The notes beneath the pieces were generated by a model. The model searched no databases. It saw only the letters and a program-made list of their open reading frames with translations, and had not been told where the DNA came from. This document shows positions 12,561 to 23,084 of a DNA stretch of 64,000 nt, one piece after another (within the stretch, counting starts at the first letter, position 1; each line of letters opens with the position of its first letter). Origin of the DNA: Curvularia clavata (lineage: Eukaryota); assembly GCA_023920165.1 (NCBI GenBank), contig CP089278.1, positions 1,364,001 to 1,428,000 of the forward strand. Direction: 5' to 3'. A program made the position numbers and the translations under genes.

Positions 12561-14014
12561 ATGGCTCCCAACGTCGGCCTGGGCTCCCAAGGGCCAGTTG
12601 AGCGCGGATGGGGCCTTTGGCTCACCAGTGTCCTGGCTGTCGTTCTTGCGGGGTTTTTTGTCGGCGCACGCATTACTCAGCGATTCCTCAAGAAAAACGG
12701 CATGGGAATGGACGATTATTTGATTATTGCGGCTTTGTTCGCCTCGGTTTTGTTGACAGTTACTGAGTGTCAGGGTGAGTTGACCCTGGCTGTACAGCAG
12801 ACAATCGCTAACGTGGTACAGCTGTTGTGTATGGATATGGTAGGCCCTGGAAAACACTGCCTACAGAATCTCGCATCATTGCTCGCAAGTGGTTTTATGG
12901 GGCAAACAGTAAGTAAATGTCCAGCAGATATTTTTTCCGCCTGTTTTGGTCTGCATGCGGAAGAAGAGACTGATCAAGGCGTGGTGCTGCCATATCGCTA
13001 GAAACTTATGCTAACCCGTACAGTCGTTTACAAAGTAGTTCTTCTGTTCAACAAAATGTCTGTTGTGTGTCTATACTATCGCATCTTCGCCGTCACCACA
13101 AAATCTTTCCGCATTGCCTGCCATGCTATGAGTCAGTACCAGGGTCGAAACTGCATTGGAGCTACTTGCTAAACCACACCTAGATATATGGCTGGTCACT
13201 ACCGGTATCGCTTTCACCTTTGCTACCATTTTCCAATGCACTCCAGTGGCTGCTTTCTGGGACCACAGTATAAAAGGTTCCAAGTGTTTCCAAAATGAGC
13301 CCTGGTGGATCTCCTACGCGACCGTCCAGATCAGCACAGACTTCGTGCTTCTTGCAATGCCACTTAGGCAGATTCTGAGACTCACCATGGGAACAACTGA
13401 GAAATTGGGAGTGGCACTTGTGTTTGGCACAGGCGGATTGTAAGTGCGTCGGTTGTCCTCTTCAAGCCACGTTACTGACACCACAAAGCGTAACTTTTGC
13501 GTCCATCTATCGTGCTACGACTATTGCAGCATCCGCAAGCAACCCAGATCCCACTTGGGGCCCCATCCCCGCAACTGTCTGGTCAGTCATCGAGGCAAAC
13601 GCCGGCATCATCTGCGCGTGTTTGCCAATGCTCCGCGCTCCATTCGTGCGTCTTTTTGGACCGCTTTTCGGCTCTCACAAAGGCAGCAATGGCAACACAA
13701 AGCGACAGTCATACGCACTGGGCTGGAAAAGCAACCACCATCCTGGAGTCGGCCATGCGAATACTATATCCCATACGAATGCAACGCAGCATGATAGCGA
13801 CTGCGATATCATCAACAGTGATGCGCTTCCAGAGAGCAGACCTGGTGCATTGAACCACGTTGGTAAGGACATCTTCGTTACCAATGAGTTCAGCATAGAG
13901 CGAAACGAATTACAGAAGCAGAGGACAGAGACCATGTCATGCGACGATACGAACACCGCGAGAAGCGTCAGTGAGGATAAGCCTGAAGGAAAGAGCCCCT
14001 ACTACCACGTTTGA
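12561..14014 (+). CDS. PTH11-like integral membrane protein (fungal rhodopsin-like GPCR candidate, no CFEM domain)
   Basis: Multi-exon. GMDDYLIIAA, KMSVVCLYYRIF, IFQCTPVAAFWD, STDFVLLAMPL, KLGVALVFGTG and WSVIEANAGIICACLP are PTH11-family hallmarks. Confidence 0.9.
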
Positions 14015-15189
14015 TTTGAACGATTCCTTCGCCACTTCGATTTTGTTACGACATTACACGTTTTTATGATACGACATATTCAATATGCATCACCAACATA
14101 CCTAATCCGACACCTACGGAGCGCTCCAGATATTCACTAGTGCCAGCCTCGCCTACGCCGAGCAGTGCAACCTGCCGTCCTACAGAGCCTACCTGCTGAG
14201 CGGGTTTCTCGATATACATTATCGCCTGTTGTGAAAGGTCGAGCTGTGGATCTCGGATGCCCTGCAGCTTCAGGCTTACCGAGGTCTCCTGCAACAATTG
14301 CGTCCCACTAGAACGGTACGGCGCTTCCCGCGAGTGCAGCGCCACACCTCTGACCTCAATGGTGAAATCAACATGGCTAGAGTCAGTGATCAATTGGCGG
14401 AAAACTCAACCACGTAGAATCCCATGATTCTGCGTCATACGCCAAGATACACAGCTACGAATCGGACATGTTACAGCCGTGTACATTACGGGCTGCGGCA
14501 TAAAGCTTCCGGCAGTTGTAGCTTCTGTAATGCCAAGAGAGCTAGAGACTTTGGTCTAGAGCTGAAGGGGTTGAGGATTTTGAAATGGCTGGATCGCACT
14601 ACCAAGGCTCCAAAATAAAATTTGTAGGCATTCGGCGCCTGTCCGATTTGTTTTTTAATGTTACCATGGGCAGCTATACTGTTGTGCATAGGTTTGAAAC
14701 AGGCTAGCCAACAGTCTGGCCATGACAGCAAATTCTGGCAAGAAAATTTCTCTGTGCACTTTGCGCAACGTGCTTTCCGTTGAGTGAGGCATTTTTGAGA
14801 GCTCATGCTCGGCATGCACCGCGCCACAGTCATGGACAGAACAGATCTAGCAAAAGGCATGGCATACATTATTGTAGTGCTTGAATACTGCGGTACTGGT
14901 GTCTCTCACGAATGAGGGGTCTGCAAGTAAAGCCAATTCAGGATAAACGGCCTGCAGATCTGCAAGCCCCGCTCCTTTTGTGCACGCGGCTGCGCCACAC
15001 CTGAGGATTGGCCAATGCCTCAGACGTCATGCGCACATGGGGTCAGGGTGAATATTTGGTTTGCATCTTGCCATGTATTCGGCCTCTTTTTTAAAGCTAG
15101 CGTCTAGGCCCTCGTAGTACGACCTTCCACCTGATTGTTCCTCTGTCGCTGCCTCTCAGTTATCTGAAAATCCAGAAAGCCTCGCCACC

Positions 15190-16824
15190 ATGTCCACCAA
15201 GCCCACGACTGACTATGTCGAATCGACTGAGCCACCTGGGTCCAAAACCAAGGCCCAGATGCTAACGGATGTCTTCTCTCTTGCCACACAGTTCAGTACT
15301 TGTGTTGAGGCTTTCAATCTCATCCATCCGACAAAGGACCACGACCACGCCCAAAAGGTAGCGCTTGCCAAGCTCGGTCTACAGCAAGGCAGATTGTTAA
15401 TATTTGGAGATGCCGTTGGCATTTCTGCGCCACCTGCAACCATTGCACGACACATGATTCCTAGTCATCCTGGAGCAACAAATCCGGATCCGCACCTGCC
15501 TGTCAACTTCGGTGTGCGAGATCCAAGGCTTGATGAAGAGGTAATCAATGCAAAGATCAGGAAAGCGCTCCATGAGATTGCCGGTCGACCCAGCAACATG
15601 TCTCGAGATGAGTTGATGAGCGTGTATGGTTTGAAGAGCCCCAAGACATTTTCCAAGTCGGAATACCCCGCGCTAGACAGCAACCGGCTTGAAGGTTTCC
15701 GCGAGAAGTATGGCTTGCTGAAAGATCTCCTTACACAGACTGGCGCGCGGTCTAGCTTGAAGCGCAATTTGAGCATGACAACGTCGCACTGGCAGGTCAA
15801 AGATACGACGCGCTTCAACGAATACGTAAAGGTAGTGCGCACAGAAGTCGACGCTCTCATTGATCTCATGGGCGTAAAAGAGCAGGTTGACCGTGGAATA
15901 CGATCTGATCTCAAAAGCATGGGCTGGCACCCTGATTTGAGCGGCCCAGTGGTACGACAGGACTGGGAGAAGCTCCGTCTGATTCGCGAGGCGTGTGAGG
16001 TTGACTATCCTGAATATCTCGAGGTTATCGACAAAGCCCTACAGTACATCAGCCAGGAGCTCAAGGAAACCAGTCTTGCCCACCACCGCGCAGAACTTGG
16101 TCTCGGGCAACCAAGTATAGAAAATCCAGGCCGTCGGAAATCGGATCAACAAACACGCTCTACACCAACAGCCCCCAAAGCACCAGCGTCAATCACTCAC
16201 AAACCGGAAGGGAAATCTCACCTCCAACTCGCCGCTGAGCGCGCTCTAAACCCCAACGCTGGCAAAGAAAAACGTCCCAGCTGGCTCTCTGCCTTTAAAT
16301 TCAAATCCTGGAAGAGTAGCAAGAACCAACAGTCAACATTAGAGAAACAGCGTTCAAACAGTCTTCCACACGCATCCACTGTAGACCCCCAGCGCTCTCT
16401 TTCTGCAACCGAAACCTCGGACCACATTATAGACGACCTGAGTCCTCTGCAGGCCGTCCGCTCCAAGTCTGTCGGTGCAATTCCCGAGATGCCGCAGTCT
16501 CCGCCGGGAAATCTCGATGCGCGAGTGCACGACTTGTCGCTCGAGCAGCACGACTCTATTCCTCCCATTGCAGAAAATGGGGGCGAAGTCAAGACTTTTC
16601 CTGAGCGAAAGACTGCTGGCATCAGTTCTGGTACTGCTGAATTGGACAAGAATATGCTTGTGCAGGTTCAGACTGCGAACAGTGAGACAGCAGAGAACAA
16701 GGATCAAGCTCTTGACAATGTGAAGACGGCGAATAGTCATATTGATCGCCATGATATGTACCCTGCAGTGGGCAGAATCGAGACAAAGGATATTAGGAAT
16801 GTGGCGCATGTAGCTGGACGGTAG
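15190..16824 (+). CDS. HeLo (prion-inhibition and propagation, HET-S N-terminal) domain protein with disordered C-terminal tail
   Basis: FSTCVEAFNLI...LGLQQGRLLIFGDAVGI parallels the HET-s/HET-S HeLo N-terminal helices; WQVKDTTRFNEYVKVVRTEVDALIDL matches the HeLo C-terminal W-x-x-x-D-x-x-x-F motif; intronless, 544 aa. Confidence 0.82.
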   Translation: MSTKPTTDYVESTEPPGSKTKAQMLTDVFSLATQFSTCVEAFNLIHPTKDHDHAQKVALAKLGLQQGRLLIFGDAVGISAPPATIARHMIPSHPGATNPDPHLPVNFGVRDPRLDEEVINAKIRKALHEIAGRPSNMSRDELMSVYGLKSPKTFSKSEYPALDSNRLEGFREKYGLLKDLLTQTGARSSLKRNLSMTTSHWQVKDTTRFNEYVKVVRTEVDALIDLMGVKEQVDRGIRSDLKSMGWHPDLSGPVVRQDWEKLRLIREACEVDYPEYLEVIDKALQYISQELKETSLAHHRAELGLGQPSIENPGRRKSDQQTRSTPTAPKAPASITHKPEGKSHLQLAAERALNPNAGKEKRPSWLSAFKFKSWKSSKNQQSTLEKQRSNSLPHASTVDPQRSLSATETSDHIIDDLSPLQAVRSKSVGAIPEMPQSPPGNLDARVHDLSLEQHDSIPPIAENGGEVKTFPERKTAGISSGTAELDKNMLVQVQTANSETAENKDQALDNVKTANSHIDRHDMYPAVGRIETKDIRNVAHVAGR

Positions 16825-17133
16825 GACCGGGACGGGATGAGTGAGTAGTGCGTGGTCCTGCAACATAATGACTTGTTTCGTTCTCTCGTTAGATACCAAT
16901 ATTACTTCATGATATTTCAACGCTCTTCTGCCGGAGTGGTAGGGAAATGACAGCATTTTTTTTTTAAATTCATCGCTCATACTTTGTCGATAAACAAGCA
17001 AAAGGGTATAGCCCATCACTTTCCAGCCCAAACTCGAAATTTCTTTACGAGATCAAACGCCAGTCCAACGACATCGTCTTCTCCTAACAATTCTGTGCCG
17101 CATATTCTCCTTGCGCCTTAAAAATCATATCGA

Positions 17134-18250
17134 TCACCTCGTAGGAATAAATCCTTGACTATCCTTCTCCTGTTGTTCAAAGCTCTGCTTGAACGCTGCC
17201 AACCCCGCCAAAATACCACAAACCATGAAAAGCAGCGAAATGATGGACCAAATGACGCCCCAGCACTGCGAGGAGCCGCCGTAGCGCTTGGCGAAGACGC
17301 TGGCATCTGACGAGTTTACCTTGCGCAGAATTAGGTCATCGCAGATGTCCCAGACGCTGTACAGCGAGGACATGACGCCAATGAAGAGCTGCGAGGAGGA
17401 TTAGCTTTCCGGGACAGGAGCACAAAGATTGGGGAGTAACATACAACCATAAATCTCAGCGCCTCGCCATGCTCAATAAACCAAAATGCGACGAGCAAGC
17501 CCACACTGAGCAGAATCGTCACGATAGTCAGCCAGTCCTTTCGCGCCCACCATAGCGTAAGCAGGAAGCATACGCCTAGGACGATGCTGGCGACTTTCGA
17601 TGCGACGATGTTGAAGCCGCAGAAGGTAAGCAGGGCGCCGATGAGAGAGGAGCCCAGGTAGCCCGCGGGCAAAGTGATGATTTGCTTGCCGCCGCGCATA
17701 TGCGTTACGCCACCTTCGTGGGGGTCGAGTGAGATTGATTCCACACGGCCGCCTGTGCAGCATGCGGTTATTGCATGGGAGAATTCATGGAAGGCGATTA
17801 CCAGCATCTGTTTTTAAGAGAAGGGTAAGTTAGTACAAGATACTGTTTGAAAACGGTGCTCGCGGGTTTTGCTTCATGTCTAGCATCTTGCCATGCTTCT
17901 CGTCCTTCGCTGCAGAGGGATTCCCTCAAGGCCAGATCCACCTCCCACCCTCTTTCATCCTGTCTCCCACCAACCAAACCAACTCAGACAACAAAGTTGA
18001 ATCCAAAACGTACCTTGAACGGCCACAACACCCATCTCACATACGGCAAATTCCACAGCAACGCAATCGCAACCACATATGCCGCGATAACCCCGAGCGT
18101 AACACCCTGTGTGTGATTTACGCTCAACCCCCTCCTTTCAAGATGATGTGTCGCATGCGGTGAAGAGGTAGAAGAATAAGATGAAGCGACCAGTGCTGCT
18201 CTCTGCGCTAACGCCCCGACATGAACGTCGAGAGGAAGTGGCGGCGCCAT
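17134..18250 (-). CDS. Peptidase M50B-like membrane metalloprotease
   Basis: Three exons (first intron 17808..18013). LWPFKMLVIAFHEFSH (HExxH), EGGVT, LPAGYLGSS, SLYSVWDICDDLI and SDAS; several TM helices. Confidence 0.9.
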
Positions 18251-18888
18251 GGCTCGGTTCTCCGCCTTTCAGTGCTGTAGTCCGGGGAATGACTGGTGGT
18301 GTCGCACCGTCTTGACAAGACAAGCAAGGAGAATAGATAGAGAATAGGAAAGGCGGTTGACTTTAGGTTATAATGGTACGCAACAAGGCAGTATATAGCG
18401 AAAGGAAGAGCTGAGATTTTAAGAGAGAAAAAGTTTGGATGGATGGAAAGGTGGAGTTGGCTGTAAAGTTGCTTGTTTGGTTTGTTGTGGCTGGAGCATG
18501 TGCGGGGTGGGGACATGCAGCGTGGAGCTGACGCGTTTTGGTGACATGCGCCACGCTAAAATTAGCTTGGAGGAGCGTGGCTTAGCGGTGTTTCGTAACG
18601 TGACGACGTGGGTTTCCTGTGTTGAGTATCGTTTGTTAAAAGAGGACTCTTATCGTGGTATAGTGAGAATCACTTCGTGATTGATGGTTCTGGTATTGCT
18701 TTTTCTTTCGAAATCATTGAATATCTGTATTGCAGGATGATTTCATTATACTTCTATTTTACATGAGATGCAATGCTAACAGGCATGATGCTATGATGCT
18801 CGCAATACAAATACGCTCAAAGGACATGAAAGAAGAGAGAAGACCGTTTTACCGGTGTTATGCAAGATGAACCAAAGAGCCAGTACTT

Positions 18889-20811
18889 CTAGTTAACACG
18901 CTCTTGGTGCAACGACATGCCCCTTTCAGGCGAACTGTCGTCCTTGTCTCCGTACTTCTCCTGAACACCACCATTAGCAGCAACCGCACTATGGCGGCGT
19001 TCCCAGTAAGAGTCGTCGCGCTTGTCGCGGGAAAAGTATCCAGCAGGTACCCACTTCTTACTGGTCCTGGCCGAAAGGTTGTTGTCCGAGTACATGATGT
19101 CAACGTTTTCAAGAGACAGGCCCTTGGTCTCGAAAAGGAAGAAGTACACGATGGCTGCTGCTACAAAGTTGCAGCCGAAGAAGACAAAACCAAAGGCGTA
19201 TCCGATACCGTCATCGGCATAGGGCGTCAGGAATCCAATCAAGAAGTTACCTAGCAAGTATTGTTAGTCAAAGACAAAGCATACTGTATCAAGACATGAC
19301 CTACCGAGCCAGTTGAAGGCCGTAGCCAAAGAGGCTTGCTTAGCACGTGTTCGCAGAGGGAACGTCTCACCAATGACGACCCAAATGAAGGGTCCCCATG
19401 TAGCAGCGAAACTAGCGATGAACATGCAAGCAGCGACGATCATCACAATACCGGAAACCTCATTTTCTGTGGGAGGTAGAACAACGCCAATCACGGCGAA
19501 AATGAGGAGCCAAGTCGCTTGCCAGAGACCTCCGAGAATCAGTGGGATTCGACGGCCCAGGCGCTCGATGAGGTAGAGACCAGGGAAAGTCATGGCTACG
19601 TTAACAGCACCCAGAATAAGTTGGACTTGAATGGGATCCTGAACGCCGGCAGACTGGAAGATGGTTGCGCCATACTAAAACTCTGTTAGCCACTATATTA
19701 TTACAATTACTGTGCACAAGGACTTACGTAGAAAAAGTAGTTGACGCCGGTCCACTGTTGGGCGAACTGGAGGGCACATCCGAGCAAAGTCCTGTATACA
19801 ACACGTGGGATACCGGAAGATGAACGGGCGAAACATTCCTTCCACGAACCCTGACCAGCACTCTTCTGCTCATTGATCGAATCTTCCATTTCCTTAAAGT
19901 CCTCATTGACCAAGGCGTTGTTAGGATCATGCTTGAGGCCACGGAGGCGCGCCATGGCTATGCGTGCGTCTTCCCATCGGCCCTTGCCAGCCAACCATCT
20001 AGGCGATTCAGGTGTGAAGAGAACACCGAAACCAAGAGGAATAGAGAAGGCGATACCGAGACCAATGACAATTCTCCAGGATGCAGAGTTATCCTGACCT
20101 GGGTTGTCGCGAACACCGTAGTTGATAATGTTAGAGACTATTGAGTAGGTAAGTATCTGCCATACACCAAAGAAGCCGAACAAGACTTACTCAGAATACC
20201 AACCGTGATCATGAGCTGGTACGACGCGACGACAGGGCCACGGATTTCGCGAGGGCACACTTCGGATTGATACATCGGAACACCAATGGACAGGATACCG
20301 ACGCCAACACCTGCGACGATACGACCAATAGTCATGTGAACCCAGCTCTCCATAGCAGTGACCTGGATAGTGTTTCCGACAATGAAGATAATCACACCAA
20401 CGGTAAGGTTCTTGCGGCGCCCAAAGAAGTCGGCAGTGTAAGCACCAGCAAGCGCACCGCAAAGAGTACCGATAGACATAAGGGAGACGAGCAAAGACGA
20501 GATGGTTGGGTCGAACGCGACACGACCGTTACCCTGATCTTGTCCGAAGCGGTCAATGAAGTCGCGGAACAAAAGGATACCGGAGATTTGGCCCTATACT
20601 TGATCAAAAAGATGTTTAGGTGAAGGCGAAACAGTGTTGAAGCATACAGTATCGTAACCGAAAAGGAAACCACCTATCGAAGTGATCACACCAAGCATGA
20701 TGGCCTCGATGCCACATTCGGCGCCGCGAATCTTGACAGAACTTTCATATGTTAGTATATACGCATTTGTATTGCGTGCAGTTTCCACACTCACACTCTA
20801 CCCAAACCCAT
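18889..20811 (-). CDS. MFS sugar porter (hexose/monosaccharide transporter)
   Basis: Spliced N-terminus MGLGRVSVKIRG...GGFLFGYDTGQISG, DFFGRR, PMYQSE, PESPRWL, QQWTGVNYFFY, GETFPLRTRA and ETKGLSLE; multiple canonical introns. Confidence 0.96.
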
Positions 20812-21129
20812 CTTGACGGTAACAGATTGAGCCCAGCAAGAAAGCTGAAAGAATCAGAAATTGCTTGTTCAAGAACATCGCGAACCTGCAGGGTCTTTTA
20901 TGTATCGTCTCCGAATCCCTTGCCGACTTTGGCTATGCGGTAATGCCCAGCTTTGCGCCCAGCCTTGCGCCCAGACATCCACTCCGGGCCTATACGTCAT
21001 CGCCGCCACGCCGTCAAAGGCGCTCGAGCATCCAGGGCCTTACGCTTCTTGGCTCGAGTTCCGCAACAGCCAAACGAATTGCGTCTGGGCTTATGAAACT
21101 GCAGTAGTGGGCTTGTCCACGCAACACAG

Positions 21130-21990
21130 CTCCTGGAGAACTAAGGACCCATTTGTGGAGAAGTTAGTGGTGATTCGACAGCCAAGACTGCTCCGCCGAC
21201 TATTCCGGAGAGGGCCAATCATCATTGTCCCGCTAACCAGAATTCCGTATGAGTTGGATCAGATTCCCATGTGGGCATTCGGCGACGGACGCTTCCTATT
21301 GTTTGCTATGGCTTGGACGACGTGTGCCCTAGCGCCTCTGATGCCCATTTCCCATCGATGCCGTAACGGTCGCGTGCTTTGAGCCCGTTGTGCCGCTCAA
21401 CCGGTTCCCAGAAGCATGGCCATCTGTTGTGGGGTGTAGATCACGCTGTATCAAGGCAACGTGTACACCCAAAGAACGGTCGGACGTCGGTGAAGATACT
21501 TGACTTTGCGATAGAGGTGGGGATGCTGGGGGGGCGCCTTGAATTCAATACAGGTCTGTGCTGCCTCAACATCACCCACTGTCCCCCCGACTTTCTCTCC
21601 GCCTCTTCAACAGGTGCCGCTCGAGCCGGTCCAGTCTTATGGGCTCGCTTATTCTGTCCTCCAATCTCCGCCTGCTCATAGAAATGCTCCAGTCTAAAGA
21701 GCTCGTGACCCATTGTAAATGCAACGTGAGCCAGGTTTCGGTCTCAGATCGGCGGAGCCGGCCCACATGAGGCTCAAGGAAGCCACCAAGAATTTTCCAT
21801 TGGCTTGGTTCGGATCCGCTTCGCACGAGAAAAGGAGGAAAAAACAATATCGGCAGTTCCGCAGTCGTGGGGAATGCGTGAATAAATTCTGAGGGGCAGT
21901 GGAGTGGTGTGGTGAGGAGAAGTAGGGGGTTGCGGAGGTGCAGTGGTGTGATGGTGTGGAGATATGGAGAGGCCTCACTTCTTTCCCCAG
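21130..21990. promoter_or_regulatory. Cluster of CreA/Mig1-type SYGGRG sites upstream of the sugar transporter
   Basis: At least 14 SYGGRG matches on both strands (21133, 21155, 21191, 21429, 21517, 21526, 21597, 21666, 21687, 21752, 21867, 21899, 21932, 21956, also 21985) within about 860 bp. Confidence 0.5.
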
Positions 21991-22475
21991 ATGTTGAATA
22001 AGACGGAAGGTCCAGAAATCTTCTCCAAAACTCCTGATGAGATGGACAAAGACCATTTTATATCATCCGTGAAACTATGTGACAAACTCTCTCGAAGTCG
22101 CAACTCGCAATTTGTCGCTCGCTGTGGTTTAACTTGTCGGAAGGATTGGCCATGCGCAGAGGCGAAGGCACAGTGCCTTGGAAGCCGGCGAGCATGACTC
22201 AGGATGTTTTGCAGCTGTCGAGCCATCCAGCAGCCTTATTGTCTGCACATTTGCTGTTATCGTGGTTGCGAGCGGTCCGCGCGCTTGAGCCGCACCCAGC
22301 CGCATCACGTGCAACAGTCTAATCGTCACCAGAAACGGCAATATCGTGACGTCACTATCACTCCCAGACTGTATGTAGAAACTACAGTAACATAGCATCA
22401 AGACACCTTGGAATATCTTCAATCAAATCAACCCTCATACATTGAAACAACTATCTCTAAAAGGAATTGTACAAT

Positions 22476-22950
22476 ATGGTCAAAGACAACGACACTGTGA
22501 TTGAGTCTGTAACCCGCGTACGCAACACTGACACCTCGTACTCATCTTACTACCAGGGAGTTCAATGAGCTTGTAAACATGTCCGCTGATGAGCTCCAAG
22601 AGTGGCTCGGCGGCGAGGAGTCTCAGAATTCAGGCTGGACCAATGACTCCTCATCCAGCGGCGAGACGGTGGGCCATGAGTCGGGCCGACGTATCGTTTC
22701 CATCCTTTCCAAGAACCCAAAGAAAGACCCTAGCAAGTATGAGGTGAGCCTCTGATTCATGCCGGCCTGATAGAATATGCGCGCTGACTTCATGTCTTCG
22801 CGTTTATAGCAGGAAGACATTGACCATATGAGAAAGGTGGTAGCGTACTGCAAGAGACATCTTGCGCAAGAAGAAAAGGCCAAGCAGGATACAAATAGCA
22901 AGAGCTACAAGAGTTTGAAGAACTGGGGCCATGATGCCTTGAAGGCTTAG
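22476..22950 (+). CDS. DUF3140-family small protein (absent from the ORF track)
   Basis: Three exons (introns 22505..22556 and 22744..22809/22812): MVKDNDTVIEEFNELVNMSADELQEWL...GETVGHESGRRIVSIL...DIDHMRKVVAYCKRHLAQE...SLKNWGHDALKA*. These are DUF3140 signature motifs. Confidence 0.88.
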
Positions 22951-23084
22951 TGTGTATGTCTATGTGTATGTCTGGTTCGAGCATAGAAGAGTTTTAGTCC
23001 AGGAAGGGCCATGAACGTCTCAATCGAGTAATGCACAAGGACCGATTAGGTTGTAATGCTGCTACCAGGATTCCGGCCAGATAA

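Noticed and set aside
15190..18250. HeLo protein plus M50B protease as a protease-activated death module
   Set aside because: Only convergent adjacency supports it. The M50B gene looks like an ordinary conserved membrane peptidase and no cleavage-site evidence is visible.
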